This document shows positions 22,088 through 30,965 of a stretch of DNA of 64,000 bases, one piece after another. The stretch is from an uncultured Boseongicola sp. GTDB taxonomy: Bacteria; Actinomycetota; Acidimicrobiia; Spongiisociales; ZC4RG35. The position numbers were made by a program, and so were the translations under genes. Below the pieces are notes generated by a model that was given only the letters and a program-made list of their open reading frames with translations, was not told the origin of the DNA and made no database searches. The stretch lies in assembly GCA_964194555.1 (NCBI GenBank), contig CAXMMT010000050.1, forward strand, positions 5,842 through 69,841, written 5' to 3'. Position 1 is the stretch's first letter, and each line of letters opens with the position of its first letter.

Positions 22088-23433
22088 CTCTGTGGGGCGG
22101 CAGATTCGAGGGCTCGCTTTCAGAGGCGATGTGGGGATTCACCACAGACGAATCTGATCGCCGTCTTCTCCAGGTGGATATCGAAGGCTCAATCGCACAC
22201 GTCGACATGCTCGGCGCCACCGAAATCATCGAGCCCGAAGAGGCGCAGGCTCTTGCCGCCGGGCTCCGGTCGATTCTCGCCGAGGCGGAAGCCGGCCGGT
22301 TTGCGTTCCAGACAACAGACGAGGATGTTCACACCGCGGTCGAGCGCCGGTTGGGCGAGATAGTCGGTGAGATCGCCGGCAAGCTGCATACCGGACGTTC
22401 GCGAAACGATCAGGTTGCACTCGATCTCCGTCTCTATCTGACCCGGGCCGGGGATCGGCGCATACAACAGCTCCATCAACTCGCCGGCACCATCACCCGG
22501 ATAGCCGAATCCCACGCCGAAACGGTTGTTCCGTCGTACACCCATTTGCAGCAAGCCCAACCGACCACGCTGGGTCATCATCTTCTTGCGTACGCATGGA
22601 TGGCCCTGAGAGGAGGGGAGAGATTCACCGAGGCGGTAAAGAGGATCGCAGTTTCCCCTCTCGGAGCCGGAGCCTCGTCCGGATCCTCTCTTCCTCTCGA
22701 CCGTGACGCCGTTGCCAGACATCTCGGACTCGACGGTGTGATTCCCAACTCCCTCGATGCGGTGGGGTCGAGGGACTTTGTCTCCGAGTATGTGTTCTGC
22801 TGTGCCCAGTCGATGATCGAGCTGTCGAGACTCGCCGAGGAGATAGTTCTCTGGTCAACCAGGGAGTTCGGATGGGTGTCTCTCAGCGATGAGGTGAGTA
22901 CCGGCTCGTCGGCCCTGCCTCATAAGCGAAACCCTGACATCGCGGAGTTGATCCGGGGGCGCGCCGGCATCGTGGTCGGTGATATGACCGCGATCCTCTC
23001 GCTGCAAAAGGCCCTGCCACTCGCCTACAACCGTGATCTCCAGGAAGACAAGAGGATCGTCTTTCATGCCGACGACACACTGGCATCGGGATTGGGGGCC
23101 ATGGTGGAATTGCTCGGCGGACTCGAGTTTCATCCTCCCGCGCCTGGTCCAGACACAGTGAGTCTCGACATTGCCGAAACCCTGGTGCGTCGTGGAGTTC
23201 CGTTTCGCGAGGCTCACAGGCTGGTGGGAGAGTTGGTGAGTCTGCTCGAATCCCGCGGGAAGACTCTGTCAGACGCGACGCTCGACGAACTCGACGAAGT
23301 AGATCAACGGTTTGCCGAGACAGATCTCGATCATCTCGACCCGACCGACTCAGTCAGGGCGCGAGCAACATCGGGGTCGGGTAATCCTGACTCTGTGCGT
23401 GCTCAGATCGCCGAGATCCGGCGACGCATTTGA
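22084..23433 (+). CDS. argH: argininosuccinate lyase
   Basis: Fumarase/lyase signature [11 protein letters not shown]. Its start overlaps the argG stop. Confidence 0.95.
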   Translation: MTLWGGRFEGSLSEAMWGFTTDESDRRLLQVDIEGSIAHVDMLGATEIIEPEEAQALAAGLRSILAEAEAGRFAFQTTDEDVHTAVERRLGEIVGEIAGKLHTGRSRNDQVALDLRLYLTRAGDRRIQQLHQLAGTITRIAESHAETVVPSYTHLQQAQPTTLGHHLLAYAWMALRGGERFTEAVKRIAVSPLGAGASSGSSLPLDRDAVARHLGLDGVIPNSLDAVGSRDFVSEYVFCCAQSMIELSRLAEEIVLWSTREFGWVSLSDEVSTGSSALPHKRNPDIAELIRGRAGIVVGDMTAILSLQKALPLAYNRDLQEDKRIVFHADDTLASGLGAMVELLGGLEFHPPAPGPDTVSLDIAETLVRRGVPFREAHRLVGELVSLLESRGKTLSDATLDELDEVDQRFAETDLDHLDPTDSVRARATSGSGNPDSVRAQIAEIRRRI

Positions 23434-23436
23434 GGT

Positions 23437-24465
23437 TCAGCCACCGTTAGGCGACTCTGCCTCTACGGTCCATGTTCCGTGTGACCTGATGAGACTCTCC
23501 AAGTCGCCTTCGCCACGTTGCTCCGTCTCCTCGTCGATCTGTGCGTTGAGCTCTGCGTCGTAGGTGGGACGTTCGACATTACGGAAGATACCGAGCGGCG
23601 TCGGCCCATACGGTCCGTGAGACAGACGACTCAGTGCGAAGGCGATAGCCGGATCTGGCCTCGTCTCGTCGTGAACCAGGATTGCGATGGGGTCGACCGA
23701 AGACGACTCCACGACTGTGGCGTGCCCCTCACGCATGACTACCGCCTTGGATCCGCCGTCGAAGACGATCGGCTTTCCGTGTTGTAGATCGATGCGATTG
23801 TGAACCCGCTCTTCTTTTCCGGTGACCTGGATGAACGCTTTGTCATTGAAGACGTTGCAATTCTGGTAGATCTCGATGAAGGCCGACCCCTCGTGCTCGT
23901 ATGCGGCCTTGAGCATTGCCTGAGTGTGATTGCGATCCATATCGAGCGTGCGAGCTACGAAAGTCGCTTCGGCTCCAAGCGCAAGCGACACCGGGTTGAA
24001 CGGATAGTCGATAGACCCGAATGGGGATGACTTGGTCGTCTTGCCAACTTCCGACGTGGGGGAGTACTGACCCTTGGTCAACCCGTATATCTGGTTGTTG
24101 AACAAGAGGATCTTCAGATTGACGTTTCGGCGGAGGACGTGGATCAAATGGTTGCCTCCGATGGAAAGGGCGTCGCCATCACCGGTGATCACCCACACGG
24201 ATAGGTCGGGCCGAGTCGTCGCCACGCCTGTTGCGATCGCCGGAGCTCTTCCGTGGATCGAGTGCATTCCGAAGGTCTTCATGTAGTAGGGGAACCTCGA
24301 GGCGCAACCGATACCCGAGATGAAGACGAACTCCTCTCGTGGCCGGCCCAAGGCAGCGACGAACTGTTGCACCGAAGCGAGGATCGTGTAGTCACCACAC
24401 CCGGGACACCACCGCACCTCCTGGTCCGTTTGAAAGTCAGCCCTTGTGTACGAACGGGTAGTCAT
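23437..24465 (-). CDS. korB: 2-oxoacid:ferredoxin oxidoreductase subunit beta
   Basis: TPP-binding beta subunit (..WCPGCGDY.., ..GDGDALSIGGNH..), translationally coupled to the alpha subunit. Confidence 0.9.
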   Translation of the reverse strand: MTTRSYTRADFQTDQEVRWCPGCGDYTILASVQQFVAALGRPREEFVFISGIGCASRFPYYMKTFGMHSIHGRAPAIATGVATTRPDLSVWVITGDGDALSIGGNHLIHVLRRNVNLKILLFNNQIYGLTKGQYSPTSEVGKTTKSSPFGSIDYPFNPVSLALGAEATFVARTLDMDRNHTQAMLKAAYEHEGSAFIEIYQNCNVFNDKAFIQVTGKEERVHNRIDLQHGKPIVFDGGSKAVVMREGHATVVESSSVDPIAILVHDETRPDPAIAFALSRLSHGPYGPTPLGIFRNVERPTYDAELNAQIDEETEQRGEGDLESLIRSHGTWTVEAESPNGG

Positions 24466-26333
24466 TTGACCATCTCCAGGATCTTCTCTGATATCTCTGA
24501 CACCTTGAACGGCTCAGCGGCGACCTTGTTCAGACCGACGGCATCGATGAGAAACTCGGCACGGATCATCTTCGACAACTGTCCGGTGTTGAGCTCAGGG
24601 ATGAGGATCCTGTCGTATGAGCGGAGCAAGTCGCCAAGATTGTTGGGCAGGGGGTTGAGATGTCTCAAGTGCAGACAGGCCACCTTGTGCCCTTCGAGAC
24701 GAACCCGCCGGGCGGCGGCGCGAATCGCCCCGAAGGTCGATCCCCATCCGAGGACCAGGATTTCGGCGTCCTCTTCACCATCGATCTCCAACTGGGGGAT
24801 GTCGTTGGCGATGTTGGCCACTTTCCACGCTCTGGTGTCGGTCATCAATTGGTGGTTGTTCGGGTCGTAGGAGACATCACCGGAAAGGGCATCCTTCTCC
24901 AGTCCACCCACCCGATGCTCCAGTCCGGCCGTTCCAGGAATCGCCCACGGCCGGGCGAAGGTGTCGACATTTCGCATGTAAGGGAGGAAGGTCCCATCGG
25001 GCCCATTCGGATGAGCGGCGTACTCGATGTCGATCTCGGGAATCGAGTCGAGGTCCGGCAGACGCCATGGCTCGGAGGCGTTAGCAACAGAGTTGTCGCT
25101 CAACAAGATCACCGGCGTCATGTATTTGACCGCGATCCGAGCGGCCTCGATTGCCATGAGGAAGGCTTCCGACGGGGTGGCTATGGCTATGACGGGGAGG
25201 GGGGACTCACCATGGCGACCGTAGAGTGAAAACAGGAGATCGGACTGTTCCGGTTTGGTCGGAAGTCCCGTCGAAGGACCACCGCGTTGCACATTGATGA
25301 CGATCATCGGAAGCTCGAGCATGAAGGCAAGGGAGATGCCTTCACTCTTCAAGGCGATCCCTGGGCCCGAGGAGCCTGTAACCGCGAGGCTGCCGGCAAA
25401 CGCGGCGCCGATGGCCGCGCCTACAGCGGCAATTTCGTCCTCGGCCTGGAAAGTCCTGACTCCGAAACTCTTGTGTCGAGAAAGCTCGTGGAGAATGTCG
25501 GATGCCGGGGTGATGGGGTAAGAGCCGTAGAACAGCGGGAGTCCCGATTTCCGGGAGGCTGCGATCAAACCCCAGGCAAGAGCGGTGTTGCCGTTCACGT
25601 TGGTGTAGGTGCCCGGCTCGAGGGCGGCAGGCTTCACTTCGAAGGTGTTCTTGGTGGCCTCGGTGGTGATGCCGAAGTTGTACCCGGCCTGAAATGCGGC
25701 GATGTTGGCCGCGGCCACTTCCTCCTTCTTTCCAAACTTCTTTTCGATCCAGTCGATCGTCGGTTCTGTGGGCCGATGAAAAAGCCATGCCATCAGGCCG
25801 AGGGCGAAGAGGTTCTTGGAGCGAAGGACATTGCGCCCCTTTACGCCGGTGTCCTTGACGGCCTCCTTTGTGAGGTCGTCCATCGGAACCTTGATCACCC
25901 TGTATCCCTTGAGGGAATCATCATCGAGAGGATTCGATTGGTAACCGGCCTTTGCCAGATTGCGCTCATCGAAAGCGTCACTGTTGACGATGAGTGTCCC
26001 ACCTTGACGCAGATCCTTGAGGTTGGTCATCAGGGCCGCCGGATTCATCGCAACCAGACAGTCGGGTTCATCCCCGGCTGTGAGGATGTCGAAGTCTGCG
26101 ATCTGAACCTGGAAACTGGAGACTCCCGGAAGGGTTCCGGCGGGGGCTCTTATCTCCGCGGGGAAATTCGGAAGGGTTGCCAGGTCATTCCCGAACAGAG
26201 CCGACGCGTCCGTGAACCTGTTACCTGCCAACTGCATCCCGTCGCCTGAGTCGCCGGCGAATCGGACCACGAGTTTGTCGATTTCCTCGGCCGGAGTTGG
26301 CGATGCGTCTGCTGTGGCGGTGTCGTCGGCCAC
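24462..26333 (-). CDS. korA: 2-oxoacid:ferredoxin oxidoreductase subunit alpha
   Basis: 623-aa fused gamma/alpha-type subunit, overlapping the korB start. Confidence 0.9.
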   Translation of the reverse strand: MADDTATADASPTPAEEIDKLVVRFAGDSGDGMQLAGNRFTDASALFGNDLATLPNFPAEIRAPAGTLPGVSSFQVQIADFDILTAGDEPDCLVAMNPAALMTNLKDLRQGGTLIVNSDAFDERNLAKAGYQSNPLDDDSLKGYRVIKVPMDDLTKEAVKDTGVKGRNVLRSKNLFALGLMAWLFHRPTEPTIDWIEKKFGKKEEVAAANIAAFQAGYNFGITTEATKNTFEVKPAALEPGTYTNVNGNTALAWGLIAASRKSGLPLFYGSYPITPASDILHELSRHKSFGVRTFQAEDEIAAVGAAIGAAFAGSLAVTGSSGPGIALKSEGISLAFMLELPMIVINVQRGGPSTGLPTKPEQSDLLFSLYGRHGESPLPVIAIATPSEAFLMAIEAARIAVKYMTPVILLSDNSVANASEPWRLPDLDSIPEIDIEYAAHPNGPDGTFLPYMRNVDTFARPWAIPGTAGLEHRVGGLEKDALSGDVSYDPNNHQLMTDTRAWKVANIANDIPQLEIDGEEDAEILVLGWGSTFGAIRAAARRVRLEGHKVACLHLRHLNPLPNNLGDLLRSYDRILIPELNTGQLSKMIRAEFLIDAVGLNKVAAEPFKVSEISEKILEMVK

Positions 26334-26426
26334 TCGTTCACTTCCTTATGGGTCATCTGCGCGCGATCGAGGTCTCCTGATCAGGGAGACCGGAACCGCT
26401 CATCTGAGTTTGGGTTCTATCCAAGT

Positions 26427-27806
26427 CTATCCGTCACCTGGCATACGTGGGTCAATCGGAGAAGGTTCAAACCCGACGAGCTTCTGAGTCTCCAGAACAC
26501 GCCCAAACGCGATCAGCGCCGATTCCGAGCCTCGGGACCCTATCACTTGAAGCGACGCCGGCGGTGCCCCGCTATTCAACAGTGGTAAGGCGATCGCCGG
26601 ATGCAGAGAGTGGTTGACGAGCGCTGAGAAGTAGGAAAGGACAGCCCGGTAGTGACGATCTCCGATGCCATCTTCACCGATAACTTTTTGCCTCACGGGG
26701 ACAGTGGGTGTTATCAGAAAGTCGACGGTGTTCAGCGCGTCTGAGAACCTGGTTCGAATCATCTCCTGCCACCCCCTCGCTTTGTCGGCATCCTCCTCCG
26801 TCACCAGATCGGCGTCTTCGAGACGCCGAGCAACATCCGGTCCGTAGTGCTGATGTTCCTGCCGAAACTTGCTGTGGACCATTCGAACCTCTTCGGCGAT
26901 GGAGTTCCAGAGCTGAATCGATGGTTCTGCATCGGGCATTTCAATCGAGTGAACCTCGTGTCCCCTGTCGCGCAGAGCGGTTACGGCACTCTCGAACTCT
27001 CCGGCAATGTCATCTCCAAGCGGGCTGTTCTCGGTCCATGGCTGGGGAACCCCCAGTCTCATCGGAGTCGGATCGGGCTCGGGCGTCGGGTCCGACGACA
27101 TTGCCCGATAGGCGAGGTCGAGGTTTTCGATCGAGTCTGCCAGAGGTCCGACGGTGTCGATCGAGCCGACCAAGGGAAAGACACCGTCGAGCGAGATTCG
27201 ACCGTGGGTCACCTTCAGCCCGAAGGTCCCACACAAGGCAGCGGGGACGCGGACGGAGCCGCCCGTGTCGGTGCCGATGGAGATTGGAGTGATGCCCCTG
27301 GCGACGGCCACAGCTGAGCCCCCCGACGAACCGCCGGGAGATGTGGTCTGGTCCCAGGGATTGCGGACGACACCCCAATGGGGGTTCTCCGACGAGAACC
27401 CGAATGCCCATTCGTGGAGCCCGGTCTTTCCGATGATGACCGCCCCGGCTTGTTCAAGCGAGTCCACGCATGGTGCGCTGGCCGAGGGCATCTCGTGGTA
27501 GAACGCAGAGCCGGCGGTGGTGACGCGGCCCTTCTGATCGATCAGGTCTTTGAGCCCCATCGGCACGCCGGCAAGTGGCCCGACGGCTTCGCCCCTCTTG
27601 ATGCTGGCGTCGATCGCGGAGGCCCGCTCGAGTGCCCTCTCGTCATCGATCGAAATGAACGCGTTGAGTGTGTCTTGGGTGTCGTGGGCCTTCTCGAGGG
27701 CAGTCTGAACCCGGCTGACGGCGGAAGCAGCAAACACTGCGGGGAAACTAGTCGAGCTCAGTTCTGGAAGGTCAATCCTCGATTGGACGGAACCAGCGAT
27801 ATCCAT
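26427..27806 (-). CDS. amidase (amidase-signature family)
   Basis: Amidase-signature sequence with GGSSGGSAVAVA and a Ser-cisSer-Lys context. ATG 27806 is preferred; the longer start at 27863 runs deeper into the upstream gene. Confidence 0.8.
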   Translation of the reverse strand: MDIAGSVQSRIDLPELSSTSFPAVFAASAVSRVQTALEKAHDTQDTLNAFISIDDERALERASAIDASIKRGEAVGPLAGVPMGLKDLIDQKGRVTTAGSAFYHEMPSASAPCVDSLEQAGAVIIGKTGLHEWAFGFSSENPHWGVVRNPWDQTTSPGGSSGGSAVAVARGITPISIGTDTGGSVRVPAALCGTFGLKVTHGRISLDGVFPLVGSIDTVGPLADSIENLDLAYRAMSSDPTPEPDPTPMRLGVPQPWTENSPLGDDIAGEFESAVTALRDRGHEVHSIEMPDAEPSIQLWNSIAEEVRMVHSKFRQEHQHYGPDVARRLEDADLVTEEDADKARGWQEMIRTRFSDALNTVDFLITPTVPVRQKVIGEDGIGDRHYRAVLSYFSALVNHSLHPAIALPLLNSGAPPASLQVIGSRGSESALIAFGRVLETQKLVGFEPSPIDPRMPGDG

Positions 27807-28843
27807 GATTTGCCGGGTGGGACCAGGATGATCTCGCCGTCGACATCGATGAGGGTGAACCATTCGAGTTCGGAGTCGCGGTGCCAGGTCCCTTCAATGA
27901 CGCGGCCATCGGCAAAAACGAAAGCCTTTCCGAACCCTGTTGTCCTAGAGGCGGGCAATGACGAGCCGGACACTCCGGCTGGTGGTCTCGCCGTGTATTG
28001 CTCCACATAGAGGGCCACCAGAACCGGTACTCCAACACGCTCCTCGGTTCCGTCCTCGTTGCGATAGGTCGTCTCCCGACCGTATGCCGTCTTGAGCCAG
28101 AGACCAAGATCCTCATCCCAGGTCCATGTGACCGTGTTACCGGAGAAATCGATCTCGACCGATGATGCCGGCTCGGCGTCGCCAGAGATGGGCCCGAACT
28201 CCCAGATGGGACCGGTGGGAGGCTCGTCCGGGTATCCGCGACCATCAGAGACCTCTCTGAGAAGCTCGGTGTTGACATAGAGGTTGTGTGGTGCGCTCCG
28301 GTCAGAGCTCCGGAAAGTGGCAGGTGGCCCGGTTTCTCCTACGAGTTTCACGGCTTTGGAGATGATGACGCTGGTTACCCAAGGCTGAGCCCCGGAGATG
28401 ACGAAAGTGGGCTCGTTGAACGCAGCCAGAAGAGTGGGGTCCGTCGGGCGGCCCGAACGCATTGGGCCGAGGAGGTCGGAGTCGCTCTGGTTCCATACGG
28501 CGATATAACGGGTGATCCCTTCGACCCTGAGCTCGATGATCATGTCGGCCTGGTCAATGCCTGACTGAGGGTTGGCTCGGGGGTGGTTGTCGATCTTGAC
28601 TGCGAGAACTCTGCGATCGAGAAGCACCGGATCGTCGACCGGTAGACCGTTGATCATCGATGTCTCGCGGGTGTCGCTTGTTGTCGTGGTCTGTGGAAGC
28701 GTGGAAGTCGTGGTCGTTGATGTGGTCGTCGTCGGCTCGGTTGTCGTTGAGTTGTCCGGCAACTCGGCCTCTCCTGACGCGCAGGCCGAGAGAATCAGTC
28801 CGAGCGCGACCAGACTGGCAATAGTGGTGCGCATCTGGTGCAA
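27758..28843 (-). CDS. DUF3048-family secreted lipoprotein
   Basis: Signal peptide with lipobox (LILSAC), a Thr-rich linker, then DUF3048-like ..RVLAVKIDNHPRARPQ-type sequence (VLAVKIDNHPRANPQSGI). Confidence 0.7.
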   Translation of the reverse strand: MHQMRTTIASLVALGLILSACASGEAELPDNSTTTEPTTTTSTTTTSTLPQTTTTSDTRETSMINGLPVDDPVLLDRRVLAVKIDNHPRANPQSGIDQADMIIELRVEGITRYIAVWNQSDSDLLGPMRSGRPTDPTLLAAFNEPTFVISGAQPWVTSVIISKAVKLVGETGPPATFRSSDRSAPHNLYVNTELLREVSDGRGYPDEPPTGPIWEFGPISGDAEPASSVEIDFSGNTVTWTWDEDLGLWLKTAYGRETTYRNEDGTEERVGVPVLVALYVEQYTARPPAGVSGSSLPASRTTGFGKAFVFADGRVIEGTWHRDSELEWFTLIDVDGEIILVPPGKSWISLVPSNRGLTFQN

Positions 28844-28879
28844 GTCTAGAAAGTGGGGGCGGCTACCCGGGTTCTCCGG

Positions 28880-29284
28880 TCAGTCAACGAGGGAGCTTCC
28901 CCGAACCTCCAAATGAGGGAGGGCGGTTTCGGGTTGGTCGACAGATAGGGCGAACTCGATGCCGTCGGCGTTGGCTCGGAGAACGTAGATGGCTTCGATG
29001 TTGACACCGGCATCGGCCAGCGAGCGGGTCAGTCTTGCCAGTTCACCCGGACGGTGTGGCATGTGTGCCTTGAGAACCGTGTTCTCCTCGTGTTGAAGGG
29101 CGGCCTCGTCGAGGACCCGGCGCGTTGTTGTAGCGTCGTCCACGATCAGCCGAACGGTGCCATCGCCGTCGTGGCCGTATGCGGCCAATGCATCGATGTT
29201 GACCTCAACGGCTGCGAGCGCCTCGGCGAGCGAGGCGAGTCGACCGGGTTGGTTCTCCATCTGGATGATGAACTCGGTCATCAT
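28880..29284 (-). CDS. tandem ACT-domain protein
   Basis: Two ~65-aa ACT-like repeats (..ENQPGRLASLAEALA.., ..PHRPGELARLTRSLAD..). Confidence 0.65.
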   Translation of the reverse strand: MMTEFIIQMENQPGRLASLAEALAAVEVNIDALAAYGHDGDGTVRLIVDDATTTRRVLDEAALQHEENTVLKAHMPHRPGELARLTRSLADAGVNIEAIYVLRANADGIEFALSVDQPETALPHLEVRGSSLVD

Positions 29285-29293
29285 GGTTTGAGT

Positions 29294-30244
29294 CTACGCC
29301 TTGCCAGCTGACCCATGTCGCAGAGTTGGGTCGGGAGGCTCCGTTCGCCCTCGTTTTGACAAATAGGCGTGCCAGACAATTCGGGCGGCCACTGCCCGGA
29401 TCGGTTTCCAGGACTCTGATACCAACTCCAGCTCGGCCTCGTCGGGAGTATGGGTCATCCCGAGGACTTCTCCCACCCCGACCTGCAATGCACGGTCACC
29501 TATCGGGTAGACGTCGGGGTGTGCCAACGCTGAGAGCAGATAGGCGTCAGCGGTCCAGGGACCGATGCCTCTGACGGAAAGGAGCTTGGACCTGGCGTTG
29601 TCTGCGGAGAGCGGGCCCAGGGACTCGATGTCGAGCGTCTCATCGGTCACTAGGTGGGCAAGGGCGTAGAGGTAGTCGGCCTTCTGACGGGTGATCCCGA
29701 TTGATCGCATCCCATCAACCCCGGTCCCGATGATGCTTGTGGCCGTCACCCCCACAGCCGTCACTTCGAGCCGTCGATACATGGCTGCCCCGGACTCCAG
29801 AGAGACCTGCTGCTCGAGAATGAGTAGTACCAGGCAACGGAGCCCCGGTTGACGGTGCCAGAACTCGGGCCGGCCAAACTTCTCGATGGCTTCGGCAATC
29901 GAGTTGTCCTCGTTGGACAGAAGGTCGGTCGCCTCGTCGAACGTCGCGGCGTCGAGCCGGTCCACCACAGCCAATGCTGTGCGAACGTCTATCGGGCCCA
30001 GCGCCCTGCTGTCGGCCTTTGTTGCTTCGGCATTGTCCGACATGACCCAGATGTGGTCCTGGCCTATCGGCTCCGGTGGCTCTGCCACTCTTTTGACCAT
30101 CCAGAAGTCTTCGCGCCTGGGATGAGGAAAGACGACCAGATCTCCTACCGACGGCCTCGATGCGTCTGTGGCGACGATCTCTTGGCCAGGTTCAAGGGCA
30201 GGCCGCATGGAGTCCTCGGCTACCTGGAAGCGTTTCATCGACAT
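29294..30244 (-). CDS. fusion protein: SodX-like S26 peptidase (Ni-SOD maturation protease) plus AlkA-like HhH-GPD DNA glycosylase domain
   Basis: The N-terminal ~95 aa carry S26 motifs (EDSMRPAL, MVKRV, SDNAEATKADSRALGPI). The C-terminal ~210 aa carry the HhH-GPD pattern (LLSVRGIGPWTADAYLL...YPIGDRAL). The gene is divergent from sodN. Confidence 0.75.
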   Translation of the reverse strand: MSMKRFQVAEDSMRPALEPGQEIVATDASRPSVGDLVVFPHPRREDFWMVKRVAEPPEPIGQDHIWVMSDNAEATKADSRALGPIDVRTALAVVDRLDAATFDEATDLLSNEDNSIAEAIEKFGRPEFWHRQPGLRCLVLLILEQQVSLESGAAMYRRLEVTAVGVTATSIIGTGVDGMRSIGITRQKADYLYALAHLVTDETLDIESLGPLSADNARSKLLSVRGIGPWTADAYLLSALAHPDVYPIGDRALQVGVGEVLGMTHTPDEAELELVSESWKPIRAVAARIVWHAYLSKRGRTEPPDPTLRHGSAGKA

Positions 30245-30295
30245 GTCGGATCGTGAGTATGGTCAGAGTAACGACCGAGAGAAGAAGGAGTCCCC

Positions 30296-30703
30296 ATGCG
30301 CCAAGTGACTATCGCCCATGCCCACTGTGACCTCTATTGCGGTGTCTATGACCCGGCCCAGGCCAAGATCGAAGCCCTTTCGGTCATGAAGATCGCCCAG
30401 AAATACCAGGACTCAGACGATGAGGCTTTCAGGGCCCGCGCTCTCCAACTCAAAGAAGAGCGCGCCGAGGATGTGAAGCATCATCTGATGGTGCTCTGGG
30501 CGGACTTCTTCACCGCAGAACATCGTGAGGAGTTCTCGAATCTCGATGATCTCTTCTGGCGTGCGATTCACCAGGCAGGTGAGGCCAAGAAGTCGACTGA
30601 CCCGGCCGAGGGCCAAACGCTCATCGGGCTGATCGACGAGATTGGCGACATCTTCTGGCAGACGGAGAAGGCCAAAGGGATGGGCGTCTATCCGCCCACC
30701 TAG
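30296..30703 (+). CDS. sodN: nickel superoxide dismutase precursor
   Basis: A 9-aa propeptide MRQVTIAHA is followed by the Ni-hook HCDLYCGVYDP and the four-helix body (..VKHHLMVLWADFF..IFWQTEKA). Confidence 0.9.
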   Translation: MRQVTIAHAHCDLYCGVYDPAQAKIEALSVMKIAQKYQDSDDEAFRARALQLKEERAEDVKHHLMVLWADFFTAEHREEFSNLDDLFWRAIHQAGEAKKSTDPAEGQTLIGLIDEIGDIFWQTEKAKGMGVYPPT

Positions 30704-30888
30704 TGGACTGTGCTGCTCCCAAACTTGTCTTTGACGCGATCGGCAAGCCGACCGGCCCAGGCCATGTCTTTGGACAGCAATGCCAGTCCGGCGACAATCG
30801 AGAGGATGCCAGGTCCAGGGAGGACCAGCATGAAAGTCCCCGCCACGATAAGCGTGAACCCGCCGGTGATGCGTGCAATTCGGGCCAT
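30700..30888 (-). CDS. PGPGW-domain small membrane protein
   Basis: 62-aa protein with two TM helices and a literal LPGPGIL motif. Its stop overlaps the sodN stop within CTAG. Confidence 0.5.
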   Translation of the reverse strand: MARIARITGGFTLIVAGTFMLVLPGPGILSIVAGLALLSKDMAWAGRLADRVKDKFGSSTVH

Positions 30889-30965
30889 GGTTGCAACCTA
30901 ATCGAACGCTGCGGGTTCCGTAACCGGGGATGACCCTGATTTGACCCCGAGATAAGGGCTCAGGC

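Noticed and set aside
26371-26391. Inverted repeat ggtctcctgatcagggagacc between the amidase stop and the korA start
   Set aside because: It could be a terminator for the amidase or an operator for korAB. It has no U-tract and no second copy, so I cannot support either call.
28663-28756. Short imperfect DNA repeats (acc/acg-rich), considered as a CRISPR array or VNTR
   Set aside because: They lie in frame inside a lipoprotein gene and encode a Thr-rich linker. There is no repeat-spacer periodicity, and no CRISPR array was seen anywhere in the window.
30697-30712. cctagtggactgtg at the sodN stop, resembling the terminal arm of the intergenic repeat (12 of 14 match)
   Set aside because: The match is imperfect and lies inside two overlapping coding-sequence ends. 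It may be chance, unlike the exact 14-nt match at 13637..13650.
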